Shown here: positions 30,080 through 39,888 of the stretch, one piece after another | Position numbering within the stretch: the stretch's first letter is position 1 | Layout: every line of letters begins with the position of its first letter | Source: an uncultured Solirubrobacteraceae bacterium | Lineage (GTDB): Bacteria > Actinomycetota > Thermoleophilia > Solirubrobacterales > Solirubrobacteraceae | Direction of reading: 5' to 3' | DNA: 64,000 nt | Assembly (NCBI GenBank): GCA_964588985.1 | Contig: CAZPQW010000001.1 | Location: 224,001-288,000 of the forward strand | Program-made: the position numbers and the translations under genes | Notes under the pieces: generated by a model | Seen by the model: the letters and a program-made list of their open reading frames with translations, nothing else | Databases searched by the model: none | What the model was told of the DNA's origin: nothing

Positions 30080-30994
30080 CTAGGACGCTTTGGCGCGCTC
30101 GTACACGGCGATGAAGCGGAGGAAGTTCTCCGCGATCTTGCGCGCGCCGGCGCTGCGCTCGATCTTGCCGTCGACGTATGCCTTGAGCGGGTCCCACCAG
30201 ATCGAGCGGCCGATGGCGAAGCCGACGAAGCCCTCGACGGGCGCGGCCTGGGTGAGCCAGTGGTCGACCTTCGCGTCGTCGGCGCCACGGCCGAGGACGA
30301 CGCACACGACGCCGTCGCGCCCGCCGGCGCGAGTCTGGGCGGCGAGCATCTCGCAGTCGGAGCGCTCGTCGACGCCCTCGATCTTCCAGATGTCGACCTC
30401 GATGCCGGCGTCCTGGATCTCGACGATCGCGCGACGCATCAGCTCGGGGCGCAGCTCCGCGTCGTAGCGGTCGCTGTCGCCGCCGACCGACGCCAGCTGG
30501 GCGTCCTCGGCGGGCACGAGCAGCTCGAACAGGAACTTGCGGTCGTGCCCGTGCAGCCAGTCGGAGAGCACCTTGAGCTTGCCGAGCTGGACGCGGTTCT
30601 CCTCGGCGTCTCCGTCGGGGTTGTAGCGGACGAGCACCTTTGTGAAGTCCGGGTCGAACTTCTCGATGTGCGCGCCAAACTCCTCGTCGTACTGGAAGTC
30701 GAACATGGGCTGACCGGAGCGCTCGGCCGGCATCGCGACCTTCAGGCCTCGCTCGCGCGCCTCGGCGGGGACGGTGGAGCCGAACTGCTCGTCCACAAGC
30801 ACGCCCGCTGAGGATGCGTCGGCGCCTCCGCCGATGGCCTGCAGCATGCCCTCGAAGATGAGGTGCTTGGCGTCGGCGATGATCGCGGTCTGCTCGGCGT
30901 CCGGCTCGCCCTCGATCCCGAAGAACTTCTTCTGGAAGGAGCCGCGGTGGTCAAACGCGAGGATGTACAGCTTGTGGTCGTATCCGAGGTTCAT
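30080..30994 (-). CDS. DUF2090 / IolC C-terminal-like class I aldolase-fold protein
   Basis: LYILAFDHR, FLFELLVP, DIWKIEG, GFAIGRSIW. Confidence 0.85.
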   Translation of the reverse strand: MNLGYDHKLYILAFDHRGSFQKKFFGIEGEPDAEQTAIIADAKHLIFEGMLQAIGGGADASSAGVLVDEQFGSTVPAEARERGLKVAMPAERSGQPMFDFQYDEEFGAHIEKFDPDFTKVLVRYNPDGDAEENRVQLGKLKVLSDWLHGHDRKFLFELLVPAEDAQLASVGGDSDRYDAELRPELMRRAIVEIQDAGIEVDIWKIEGVDERSDCEMLAAQTRAGGRDGVVCVVLGRGADDAKVDHWLTQAAPVEGFVGFAIGRSIWWDPLKAYVDGKIERSAGARKIAENFLRFIAVYERAKAS

Positions 30995-31057
30995 GGGGAT
31001 GAGTATTCCAGAGGGGCGCGGGGGGCGGGGTCGAGAGGTCCTTAGAATGGATCGACG

Positions 31058-31873
31058 ATGACCTCCGGTGCTGATCTGTTCGTGGTGTGCAAGCAGTGCG
31101 GATCAGAGGTGAGCCCGTACATCACCGAGTGCCCGTACTGCGGCAACCGCCTGCGCCGTCGCGCGCCGAAGCTGCCGCGCGTGAACGCGCCCACACGCCC
31201 GGCTGCAGGGCGCGGACGGCTGGGATCGTTGATCGGCGCATCGGCGCGAGGTGGAGCCGGTTCCCGCGCGCGTCCACGACGCTCGTCAGCCCCTCGCGGC
31301 CTGGGTCGATGGGCGGCCTCGCGCCCGTACGCGACGATCGCGCTGGTGGCGGCGGGCGCCGCGATGTGGATCGTGTTTCACGCCGAACCGAGCGTGTATC
31401 TGCACATGGCGATCATCGGGCCGATCAACGGGGACTGGTGGAGGCTGTTCACGAGTGAGTTCGCGTCTCTATCCGGGACGTACACGTTCGTGGCGTTGCT
31501 CACGCTCGCGATCTTCGGCTGGCTGACGGAGGCGCGACACGGGCCGGCGGTGGTGCTCGCGCTGTTCTTCGGCGCTGGCGCCGCGGGGGCGCTGGTGGCG
31601 GACGCCGTCTACACGATCCCGTTGGCGAACGGCGCTAACGCGGGGGCGCTGGCGCTGCTGGCGTGCTGGGCGGCTCCGGACCTGCGCGCGGCGCGCGAGG
31701 CCTCCTACTACGAGGGCGACCTGCTCGGCGCGGGGGCGATGGCGGCGCTGCTGATGGCGATGCCGTTCGCGCTGGCGTTCTCGGAAGCGAGCTGGCTGGC
31801 GGGCGTGGTGGGCGCGGCGATGGGCCTGCTGGTGGGGCTGGGGATCAGCCGGATGGGCGCCGCGGATGAGTAG
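31058..31873 (+). CDS. Zinc-ribbon plus rhomboid-like membrane protein (catalytic residues appear degenerate)
   Basis: CKQC...CPYC; GDWWRLFTS; GANAG in place of GxSG. Confidence 0.75.
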   Translation: MTSGADLFVVCKQCGSEVSPYITECPYCGNRLRRRAPKLPRVNAPTRPAAGRGRLGSLIGASARGGAGSRARPRRSSAPRGLGRWAASRPYATIALVAAGAAMWIVFHAEPSVYLHMAIIGPINGDWWRLFTSEFASLSGTYTFVALLTLAIFGWLTEARHGPAVVLALFFGAGAAGALVADAVYTIPLANGANAGALALLACWAAPDLRAAREASYYEGDLLGAGAMAALLMAMPFALAFSEASWLAGVVGAAMGLLVGLGISRMGAADE

Positions 31874-31894
31874 GAGACCTATGATGGTGGGCAG

Positions 31895-32176
31895 ATGTCG
31901 ATGACCCACGCGGTGGTGCTGATCGAGGCGGAGCGCGATGCGCTGTCGACGCTCGGGGGCGCGCTGGCGGAGATCGAGGGTGTGGCAGAGGCGTACTCGG
32001 TGACGGGCGAGTGGGACTTCGTGGCGATTGTGCGAGTGCCCCACCACGAGCAGCTGGCCGAGGTGGTCACGGGCCAGATCGGGGCGCTGTCGGGCGTGGC
32101 GCGCACCCAGACGATGGTTGCGTTCGCGGCGTATTCGCGCCACGACCTCGAGTCGATGTTCTCGATCGGCGAATGA
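31895..32176 (+). CDS. Lrp/AsnC ligand-binding domain protein
   Basis: IEGVAEAYSVTGEWDFVAIV. Confidence 0.88.
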   Translation: MSMTHAVVLIEAERDALSTLGGALAEIEGVAEAYSVTGEWDFVAIVRVPHHEQLAEVVTGQIGALSGVARTQTMVAFAAYSRHDLESMFSIGE

Positions 32177-32191
32177 CCCATCGCTAGCCAG

Positions 32192-32845
32192 ATGGCCGCG
32201 GTACCGATGAAGGCCGAGTACGGGCCGACGCTCGGTCGGCTGCTGGCGCCGCGCTGGCACGCCGCGCGAGGCGCGACCCGTGCGGTGGTGGTGGCGGGCG
32301 GCGTGGGGTTGCTCGCGGCGGTGGTGGCGCTGGCGCTGACGCTGGAGAACGCGCACTACTCCCACGGTGGGCCGGTGCCGTTCGGCTTCAGCTACCGCGG
32401 CCTCTACCGGGTGACGCCCGATCCGGGCGGCTTCGTGAAGGTGCAGAGCCACGACTCGGACGGCGCGGTGAAGTACTCCTTCGCGGTCGATCCGCTGCGC
32501 CTGCCGCGCTACTCGGGCGAGCTGCTGGGGGAGCTGCCGGTGTTCGCGAGCAGCTACATCGCGACGCTCGCGCGACGGGACAGGGACTTCGTCCTGCGCG
32601 GCGAGGGCAAGGCGCGGGTGAACGTGAACCTGACGGGCTACCAGGTGCTCTACACCGCGACGGTGGACGGCCGCGAGGTCTACGGGCGCGACGTGCTGCT
32701 CGTGCCGCCGCGCGGGGGCGCGCGCGAAGGCGTGGCGGTGGTGATGCTGACCTCGACGACCGCGACGAAACAGATCGCCTCCCCGCAGGAAGTGGCGACC
32801 ACGGGCGTGCTGCTGCGCCCGCTGAAGACGTTCGCGTTCGGTTAG
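32192..32845 (+). CDS. Hypothetical membrane-anchored protein
   Basis: N-terminal TM helix; GC3-rich ORF. Confidence 0.7.
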   Translation: MAAVPMKAEYGPTLGRLLAPRWHAARGATRAVVVAGGVGLLAAVVALALTLENAHYSHGGPVPFGFSYRGLYRVTPDPGGFVKVQSHDSDGAVKYSFAVDPLRLPRYSGELLGELPVFASSYIATLARRDRDFVLRGEGKARVNVNLTGYQVLYTATVDGREVYGRDVLLVPPRGGAREGVAVVMLTSTTATKQIASPQEVATTGVLLRPLKTFAFG

Positions 32846-34404
32846 CTGGAGGGAACGCCGGTGGCGGGGCGGCCGTCGCTCGGAGAGCGGGTGCCGCCGG
32901 TGCTTGCGCCGCCGCTCGAGGGCGGGGTGGGGTTGGGCACGGGCACCGGTTCGGCGCTGGGCAGCTGCGCGGGGGGCGTGGCGGGGGTGGTCGCTGTGGG
33001 CGGCGCTGGCGTTTCGGTGGTGCTCGTGGGTGGGGCGGGCGCTGGGGTGGTGGCGGTGGTGGGCAGCTGGGTGGTCTCGGTGGTGACCTCGGTGACCTGC
33101 ACGGGTGGCTGGCTTTCGGGTTTGGCGGTGGGCGCGGGTGTCGTCGTGGCCGGCGTGACGGTGGCGGGAGCGGGTGTGACGGGCTTGGCGGCCTGCTTGA
33201 GCGCGCGTGCGTGGAGGGCGCGGCGTCGGGCGAGGGCCGCGGCGGCGAGCCTCGCGTGCGCGGCCGCTCCGGCGGAGGCGGGCTGGGCGAGCTCGTGGAC
33301 GACGACGGGTGCGGCGGCGTAGCGCGTGGCGCTTGCGTAGGTGGCGCTCGCCGCCTGTGAGGGGTGGCGATGGGTGGCGGAGGAGTGGTCGGCGGCGGCG
33401 ACCCCGGCGGTGACGATCGCGGCTGCGGCGAGCCCGGCGACGGCCTTGGTGGCGAGCGCTCCGGCGCCCGCGGTGACGAGCCCACCGGCGAACCCGACCC
33501 CTCCGGTGGCGGCGGCGCCCGCGCCGACGGTGGCGGCGGCGCCAGCGGTGGCACCGGCGCCCCCCGCGACGTGCGCGCCTCCGGCGGAGGCGGTGGAGCC
33601 GAGCTTGGCGAGGATGACCTTCTTGAGGATCAGCAGCGGCCCGACGGGCAGGATGGCGGCGAGCGCGTGGTTGTTCTGCTTGAGGTGCTTCTTGAAGCCG
33701 AGGCAGCGTTCGCAGCCGCGCACGTGGCGGCGGGCGGGGGTGCTGAGCTTGGCGAGGCCCTCGGCTGCTTCGCCGAGCTCGAGGCGGACCTCGTCGCAGC
33801 TGAGCTTGCGCGCCTCGGCGGCCTCGGCGAGCGAGATGCGGGCGCGCACGAGCAGCGACTTGACGGACGGCACGGTGGTCTCCATGGCGTCGGCGATCTG
33901 TTCGTAGGACAGCGCGTCGATCTCGCGCAGCAGAAGTGCGGTGCGCTGCGTCTCGGGCAGCTCGTGGACGTCGGCGATGAGCTCGCGGAAGCTCTCGCGG
34001 CGCATGACCTTGTCGCCGGTGGAGAGACCGTTGTCGGCGAAGTGGATGTCCATCGAGTCGACGCCGACGGCGGAGGCGCGACGGAGGTGGTTGAGGGAGC
34101 GGTTGCGCGCGATGCGATAGAGCCACGGGCGCACGTTGATGTCGCGCTCGTCGGCGAGGACGGCGTTGAAGGCGGCGGCGAAGACCTCCTGGAGGACATC
34201 CTCAGCGTCCTCGCGCGAGCCGAGCATGTGCCGGCAGAAGGACAGAAGCCGCGACTGGTAGCGGGAGCAGAGCACCTCGAAGGCGGCGTGTTGGCCGCGG
34301 CGGGTGAGCGCGATGAGGCGCTCGTCGGACTGCAGGCGCAGCAGGGCAGAGGGGCCTCGAAGGCCCGGGATGCTGCTCGGATGTTCTAGGGCGGAAACCT
34401 CCAT
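32842..34404 (-). CDS. ECF sigma factor fused to a zinc-finger (ZAS-like) motif, TM segment and Pro/Thr-rich tail
   Basis: [18 protein letters not shown], region 4 [19 protein letters not shown]; [10 protein letters not shown]; ATG at 34404. Confidence 0.9.
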   Translation of the reverse strand: MEVSALEHPSSIPGLRGPSALLRLQSDERLIALTRRGQHAAFEVLCSRYQSRLLSFCRHMLGSREDAEDVLQEVFAAAFNAVLADERDINVRPWLYRIARNRSLNHLRRASAVGVDSMDIHFADNGLSTGDKVMRRESFRELIADVHELPETQRTALLLREIDALSYEQIADAMETTVPSVKSLLVRARISLAEAAEARKLSCDEVRLELGEAAEGLAKLSTPARRHVRGCERCLGFKKHLKQNNHALAAILPVGPLLILKKVILAKLGSTASAGGAHVAGGAGATAGAAATVGAGAAATGGVGFAGGLVTAGAGALATKAVAGLAAAAIVTAGVAAADHSSATHRHPSQAASATYASATRYAAAPVVVHELAQPASAGAAAHARLAAAALARRRALHARALKQAAKPVTPAPATVTPATTTPAPTAKPESQPPVQVTEVTTETTQLPTTATTPAPAPPTSTTETPAPPTATTPATPPAQLPSAEPVPVPNPTPPSSGGASTGGTRSPSDGRPATGVPSS

Positions 34405-34436
34405 GCGTATCCCATCACTACCCCTGCTTGACCTTA

Positions 34437-34463
34437 GAGACACGGTAGCAGCGGAGAAGTTGC
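34437..34463 (-). promoter_or_regulatory. Putative autoregulated ECF promoter GCAACTTC-N13-TGTCTC
   Basis: AAC/GTC ECF-type elements; second copy upstream of the CAP gene. Confidence 0.6.
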
Positions 34464-34519
34464 GGTCTTTCCCCCGGATTCTCGCGTGGGAGCGCCCGAA
34501 TAGACTGGCCCGGCGCCCC

Positions 34520-34606
34520 GCCCGGGTGGCGGAATGGGAATACGCAATCGACTTAAAATCGGTGGCCTCGATTGAAGGCATGTGGGTTCGAATCCCACCC
34601 CGGGCA
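34520..34606 (+). tRNA. tRNA-Leu (anticodon TAA)
   Basis: GCCCGGG/CCCGGGC acceptor, ATCGA-CTTAAAA-TCGGT anticodon arm, long variable arm, GGTTCGAATCCC; TAGACT -10 at 34501. Confidence 0.95.
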
Positions 34607-34642
34607 TCTCTGTGGTCTGTGGAAATGGATAGAGTCGCGCGA

Positions 34643-36289
34643 ATGTCAACCGGTGCGCAGGAGATCGAGACCTACCACGGCGGAAGGCTGGTGGCGCGCC
34701 GTCTGAAGGCGCACGGCGTGAGCAAGCTGTTCACGCTGTCGGGCGGCCATCTGTTCTCGATTTACGACGGCTGCCGCGAGGAGGGGATCGACATCGTGGA
34801 CGTGCGCCACGAGTCGACGGCGGCGTTCGCGGCGGAGGGCTGGGCGAAGGTGACGCGCGAGCCGGGCGTGTGCGCGCTGACGGCCGGCCCGGGCGTGACG
34901 AACGGGATGAGCGCGATGGCCTCGGCGCAGGCGAACCACTCGCCGATCGTGGTGCTGGGCGGCCGCGCGCCGGCTATGCGCTGGGGGCAGGGCTCGCTGC
35001 AGGAGATCGACCACGTGCCGTTCGTGGCGCCGCTGTGCAAGTTCGCGACGACGCCGACGGCGACCGACGAGATCCCCGACCTGATGGACGACGCGTTCGC
35101 GGCGGCGGTTGCGCCGCACGGCGGAGCGGCGTTCCTGGACTTCCCGATGGACTACGTGTTCATGGACGCGCCCGAGCCGCCGGTGGGACGCGAGCCGGCG
35201 CCGGTCCCGCAGTCGGCGGCTGGGGACGCGATCGAACGCGCCGGGGCGCTGCTGGCGGGCGCGGAGCGTCCGGTGATCATGGCTGGGACGGACATGTACT
35301 GGGGCCGGGGCGAGCTGGAGCTGCTGGAGTTGGCGCAGACGCTGCGCATACCGGTGTTCCTGAACGGTCTGGCGCGGGGGTGCGTGCCGGCTGATCACGA
35401 GCTGTTCTTCTCGCGAGTGCGCTCGCAGGCGCTGAAGGGCGCTGACGTGGCGGTTGTGATCGGCGTGCCGATGGACTTCCGCCTCGGCTTCGGCGGCTCG
35501 TTCGGTGAGGACACTCAGATCGTGGTGGTGGACTCGACGGAGTCCGAGCGTCCGCACCCGCGGCCAGTGGCGGTGGAGTGCTACGGCGCGATCGGGCCGA
35601 CACTTGCCGGCATGCAGGCGGCGGCGGGCGCGAAGGCGCTGGCGAGCGAGAGTTGGATCTCGGAGCTGCGCGCGGCGGAGCTGGAGCGGCGCGAGGGGGA
35701 GCGCGCGGAGTGCGAGGACGGCCGCTCGCCGCTGCACCCGATGCGGCTGTATGCGGAGCTGGCGAAGGTGCTGGACCGCGACGCGATCGTGATCGGCGAC
35801 GGCGGCGACTTCGTGTCGTACGCGGGCCGCGTGATCGACAGCTACCAGCCTGGGTGCTGGCTGGACCCGGGGCCGTTCGGCTGCCTGGGCACGGGGCCTG
35901 GATACGCGCTGGCGGCGAAGCTCGCGCACCCGGAGCGTCAGGTGGTGATGATGGTGGGCGACGGCGCGTTCGGTTTCTCTGGCATGGAGTACGACACGCT
36001 GGCGCGCCACGGCGTGAACGTGGTGGGCGTGATGGGCAACAACGGCATCTGGGCGCTGGAGAAGCACCCGATGGAGTTCCTGTATGGGTATTCGGTGGCG
36101 GCGGACCTGCGCCCCGAAACCCGCTACGACCAGGTGGTGGAAGCGCTGGGCGGCTACGGCGAGCTGGTGAACCGTGCGGAGGAGGTGGGCCCGGCGATCG
36201 AGCGGGCGTTCTCCTCGGGCAAGCCTGCGCTGGTGAACGTGCTGACCGATCCCACGGTCGTCTACCCGCGCAAGTCGAACCTGGCGTAG
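34643..36289 (+). CDS. Thiamine-diphosphate-dependent enzyme (acetolactate synthase-like / 2-hydroxyacyl-CoA lyase-like)
   Basis: [18 protein letters not shown]...GNN TPP motif. Confidence 0.9.
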   Translation: MSTGAQEIETYHGGRLVARRLKAHGVSKLFTLSGGHLFSIYDGCREEGIDIVDVRHESTAAFAAEGWAKVTREPGVCALTAGPGVTNGMSAMASAQANHSPIVVLGGRAPAMRWGQGSLQEIDHVPFVAPLCKFATTPTATDEIPDLMDDAFAAAVAPHGGAAFLDFPMDYVFMDAPEPPVGREPAPVPQSAAGDAIERAGALLAGAERPVIMAGTDMYWGRGELELLELAQTLRIPVFLNGLARGCVPADHELFFSRVRSQALKGADVAVVIGVPMDFRLGFGGSFGEDTQIVVVDSTESERPHPRPVAVECYGAIGPTLAGMQAAAGAKALASESWISELRAAELERREGERAECEDGRSPLHPMRLYAELAKVLDRDAIVIGDGGDFVSYAGRVIDSYQPGCWLDPGPFGCLGTGPGYALAAKLAHPERQVVMMVGDGAFGFSGMEYDTLARHGVNVVGVMGNNGIWALEKHPMEFLYGYSVAADLRPETRYDQVVEALGGYGELVNRAEEVGPAIERAFSSGKPALVNVLTDPTVVYPRKSNLA

Positions 36290-36342
36290 AAGGGTTTTGA
36301 CGGGGCCGCCTTCCGGCGGCTGCTCGGTTCGCGGTGTGGCGG

Positions 36343-37281
36343 TCAGGCGGCGGCTTGGCCCACACCGGCGAGGCGCAGGGCGCCGCCGTAGAGGATGTCG
36401 TGCTCTGAGACCTCGACCTGTTCGAGGTCGAACGCGCGCATCGCCTCGGAGAGCAGGATCATGCCGGCGACGATGGTGGGCGCGCGGTCGGGGTTGAGCC
36501 CGACGACGCTGCGGCGGTCGTTTTCGTCCATGTCGGCGAGGCGCGCGAGCAGCATTTCGACGGTGGCGAGCATGAGCGGGTAGCCGTGGACGCGCTCGGG
36601 GTCGTACGGGTCGAGCTCCTGGTCGATGGACGCGGCGGAGGTGGCGGTGCCGGCGACGGCGATGGCTCGCTTGACGGGTGCGCGCTCGTCGGCGGGCAGG
36701 CCGTCGAGGAACGTGGCGCGAACGTCCTGGGCGAGGTTCTGCAACTCCTCGGGGTCGGGCGGGTCGGAGTGGATGTGGCGCTCGCTCATGCGGACGACGC
36801 CGGCGTGGAGGGAGACGTGGAAGCCGGCGGTGCGCCCGACGCCGACGACGAACTCGGTGGAGCCCCCGCCGATGTCGATGACGACGGTGGGCTCGGTGGC
36901 GGCGGGACGGCCGGACATGGCGCCGAGGAACGTGAGCTGCGCCTCCTCCTCGCCGGAGAGCACGCGCGCGTCGAGGCCGTAGTCCTGGCGCACTAGCGCG
37001 GCGAACTCGGCGCCGTTGGACGCGTCGCGCACGGCGGAGGTGAGCACGGCGATGTTGGCTTCGCATCCGTGTTCGTCGATCTCGGTGCGGTAGCCCTCGA
37101 GCGTGGCGAACACGCGGTCGCACGCCTCGGGGGAGAGGGCTCCGGTGGCGTCGACGCCGTGGCCGAGGCGGGTGACATTGGAGTGGCGGACGAGCACCTC
37201 TACGGCGTTGCTGGCGGCGTCGACATCGGCGATGAGCAGTCGCGTGGAGTTGGTTCCGATGTCTACGACCGCGACGCGCAC
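36343..37281 (-). CDS. ppx: Ppx/GppA exopolyphosphatase
   Basis: VAVVDIGTNSTRLL, TSAVRDASN, DIGGGSTE. Confidence 0.92.
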   Translation of the reverse strand: MRVAVVDIGTNSTRLLIADVDAASNAVEVLVRHSNVTRLGHGVDATGALSPEACDRVFATLEGYRTEIDEHGCEANIAVLTSAVRDASNGAEFAALVRQDYGLDARVLSGEEEAQLTFLGAMSGRPAATEPTVVIDIGGGSTEFVVGVGRTAGFHVSLHAGVVRMSERHIHSDPPDPEELQNLAQDVRATFLDGLPADERAPVKRAIAVAGTATSAASIDQELDPYDPERVHGYPLMLATVEMLLARLADMDENDRRSVVGLNPDRAPTIVAGMILLSEAMRAFDLEQVEVSEHDILYGGALRLAGVGQAAA

Positions 37282-37329
37282 GGCGGGGATGGTAGAGGTG
37301 TGGGCATACAACGGCGAAAAGGGGCTGAG

Positions 37330-38049
37330 ATGAGCGAGCAGGGAGCGGGACGAGTGGCGCTGGTGACGGGCGCGAACAGGGGCATCGGCAGGGAGGTGGC
37401 GCGCCAGCTGGCGGGGCAGGGCTACGAGGTTCTGGTGAGCGCGCGCGACGGCGCGAAGGCGGAGGCGACGGCCGCGGAGCTGGCGGCGGAGACGGGCGCG
37501 ATCGTGAGGCCGGTGACGCTCGACGTGTCGGACCCGGAGAGCATCGCGGCGGCGGCGGAGAGTGTGAAGGCGGACCCCGGTCGGCTGGACGTGCTGGTGA
37601 ACAACGCGGGCATCGGCAGCGACTTCGGCGTGTCGGGCACGGCCCCGGACTTCGACGCGATCCAGCGCGCGCTGGACACGAACTTCTTCGGTGCGTATCG
37701 CGTGACGGTCGGCCTGCTGGAGCTGCTGCGCGCGAGCGCGCACCCGCGGATCGTGAACGTGTCGAGCGGGATGGGCGGGATCACGGAGATGGGCGGCTGG
37801 TCGCCGGGCTACCGCGTGTCGAAGGCGTCGCTGAACGCGATGACGCGGATCCTGTCGACGGAGCTGAAGGATGCTGGCTTCCTCGTCAACTCGGCGTGCC
37901 CGGGGTTCGTGGCCACCGACATGGGCGCCCCGATGGGAGCGAAGAAGTCGGTGGAGGACGGCGCTGCGGGCATCACGTGGCTGGCGACGCTGCCGGACGA
38001 CGGGCCCACGGGCGGGTTCTTCCGGGACGGGGAGGCAATCGCGTTCTGA
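37330..38049 (+). CDS. Short-chain dehydrogenase/reductase (carbonyl reductase-like)
   Basis: TGANRGIG, NNAG, YRVSK, CPGFVATDM. Confidence 0.92.
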   Translation: MSEQGAGRVALVTGANRGIGREVARQLAGQGYEVLVSARDGAKAEATAAELAAETGAIVRPVTLDVSDPESIAAAAESVKADPGRLDVLVNNAGIGSDFGVSGTAPDFDAIQRALDTNFFGAYRVTVGLLELLRASAHPRIVNVSSGMGGITEMGGWSPGYRVSKASLNAMTRILSTELKDAGFLVNSACPGFVATDMGAPMGAKKSVEDGAAGITWLATLPDDGPTGGFFRDGEAIAF

Positions 38050-38100
38050 ACGGAGGATGACGGCCGCATGTGCGGTTCTTTGCTAGAACATAAGAAGCGA

Positions 38101-38174
<74 letters not shown>

Positions 38175-38198
38175 TGAACGGTTGCGCTACCGACGCAG

Positions 38199-38468
38199 AT
38201 GGAAGCTCCGCGGTACCCGCGCTTCGGCTACCGCCTCCGTGACCCTCGTGGACACGCCTTGTACGCTGGCAAGCACGTGGCTGTTCGCTGGACTGATGAG
38301 TACGGCGACTTGACGGTCGTCGGGGGTATGCCTTGGGACGTCGAGGGCAATGAGGTGCTGATCATGACCCCCTCAAATCGGCCGGGCGCCTATACGACCA
38401 GGATCCCTGTTGACTCGATCATCAGTGTGGAGGTCATGGCATACGACGCCATCGTGCGTGAGGGCTGA
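38199..38468 (+). CDS. Small hypothetical protein in islet
   Basis: 89-aa ORF, beta-rich pattern, immediately after the tRNA. Confidence 0.55.
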   Translation: MEAPRYPRFGYRLRDPRGHALYAGKHVAVRWTDEYGDLTVVGGMPWDVEGNEVLIMTPSNRPGAYTTRIPVDSIISVEVMAYDAIVREG

Positions 38469-38770
38469 AGACCTTGCGATCACACACAACGTCTTGGCTC
38501 AGCAAGCGTGCTGAGTTGAGTGCCCACCCTCTTGGTGGTCGCTGGGCTTGAGTGAACACGCCAACTCCGCCGCGCGCCCCTGACTTCGACCTGCCACGCC
38601 GGGGACGGCGTAGAGGCATGTCGACCCAGCTAAGCACCCGAGACAAGCAGGCCCGCTGGGGCGGGGCTTGCGGTGTCTCGCGGATTTCAGAGTCAAACTC
38701 AGAGTCCGAAGTCCATAGAGGGCCGTCTACTGCTTCGGTCGACGCGCCGAAGGGCTCTACAATTGAGAGC

Positions 38771-38932
38771 ATGTCGACCCACCGCGCAAACGTCACCCAA
38801 GAGCAGCACCTTGAGCTCCCGGTCGAGGAACTCCTACGTCGTGCACGGCCGCTGCCTTCGCACGATGAAATGGTGATCGAAGATCTCACCGCGGAGGAGG
38901 GCGAAGCCTTCTTCCTAGCTGTGGAGTCGTGA
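38771..38932 (+). CDS. Putative antitoxin (53 aa, acidic C-terminus)
   Basis: TACAAT 7 nt upstream of ATG; stop overlaps the PIN gene GTG. Confidence 0.65.
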   Translation: MSTHRANVTQEQHLELPVEELLRRARPLPSHDEMVIEDLTAEEGEAFFLAVES

Positions 38933-39363
38933 GTCCGGGCGGGCTGCGCGGGCCGATCGTCATCGACACGGACGTCTTCAGCGCAGATCTCGTCCCGCGA
39001 TCACGCTTGACAGAGCTCTACGCTCCGATCGTCACCGGGCGGCCGGCATTCATCTCGTTTCAAACTGTCGCCGAGCTGCGCTACGGCGCGCTTCGTCGTG
39101 GCTGGGGCGATGCGCGGATGCTCAGGCTCGAAGCGAAGATCGCGAGGGCGGAGATCGTGCACACAGGGCCAGAGCTCGTCCTGATCTACGCCCGGCTCCG
39201 GGCCGACTGCGAGGCGCAGGGCCATGCTCTGGGCCAGCGCGAGCACAACGCCGATCGCTGGATAGCGGCGACCGCGATTCGCCTCGGGGTGCCGCTCGTC
39301 TCCAACGACGGGATCTTTCGAGATGCGCCTGGGCTGGAGCTCGAGACGCTCGCTCTTCCGTGA
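38929..39363 (+). CDS. PIN-domain (VapC-like) toxin
   Basis: IVIDTDVFS, TVAELRYG, ADRWIAATA, LVSND. Confidence 0.9.
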   Translation: MSPGGLRGPIVIDTDVFSADLVPRSRLTELYAPIVTGRPAFISFQTVAELRYGALRRGWGDARMLRLEAKIARAEIVHTGPELVLIYARLRADCEAQGHALGQREHNADRWIAATAIRLGVPLVSNDGIFRDAPGLELETLALP

Positions 39364-39537
39364 TGCCTGGATGCCAGCCATCTGAGAGGCGCGCGTGCGG
39401 TGCCCCTTCCGGGTCAAGGAAAAACCAAGGGAAGGCCCAGAAACAGCCGCAAACGAGAGCCGCCGATTCCGTCGAAAACCGCTATTTAGAGGGCAGAACG
39501 TGGTCCAGCCGCAAACAGCCGCAAGCGCCCGGACGGT

Positions 39538-39581
<44 letters not shown>

Positions 39582-39585
39582 CGAA

Positions 39586-39611
39586 GAAGCCCCGCGAAAG
39601 CGGGGTTTTTT
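39586..39611 (+). terminator. Intrinsic terminator after the displaced tRNA end
   Basis: GAAGCCCCGC-GAAA-GCGGGG-TTTTTT. Confidence 0.9.
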
Positions 39612-39861
39612 AGTTAGGTGTGCGGATCGCTCGAACGTGGCTTGGTAACGGGCGTTCGGCTAGGGAAAATGATGCTAATCAAACTAGCTCTTAGCATCAT
39701 TCTGCGGTCATTAGCGCTATCAGAAGCTTTATCAATCTCGCTCCACAGACGCCGGTCGTTGCGTGGGGAAGAGTGAAGCGATGCCGCCGACCGCGGAAGG
39801 CGAAGCCGCGGCATGGGCCTTGCCACTCCACAAGCGTCGCCGTGCGTTTAGGTCCCGCGTG

Positions 39862-39882
39862 TGTTATCGGATCTGATAACAT
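39862..39882 (+). promoter_or_regulatory. Palindromic operator overlapping -10 TAACAT of the leaderless NTase gene
   Basis: TGTTATC-GGATCT-GATAACA; TAACAT 6 nt before ATG 39889. Confidence 0.7.
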
Positions 39883-39888
39883 TAGAGT

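Noticed and set aside
31469-37123. Long Arg/Pro-rich ORFs (885 aa, 825 aa; similar ones at 10895-12973 and 22786-25047)
   Set aside because: Shadow ORFs overlapping well-supported genes, with no motifs and a composition explained by GC-rich alternative frames
39668-39701. CIRCE element
   Set aside because: Arms are in the opposite arrangement and do not match TTAGCACTC-N9-GAGTGCTAA; no chaperone gene nearby
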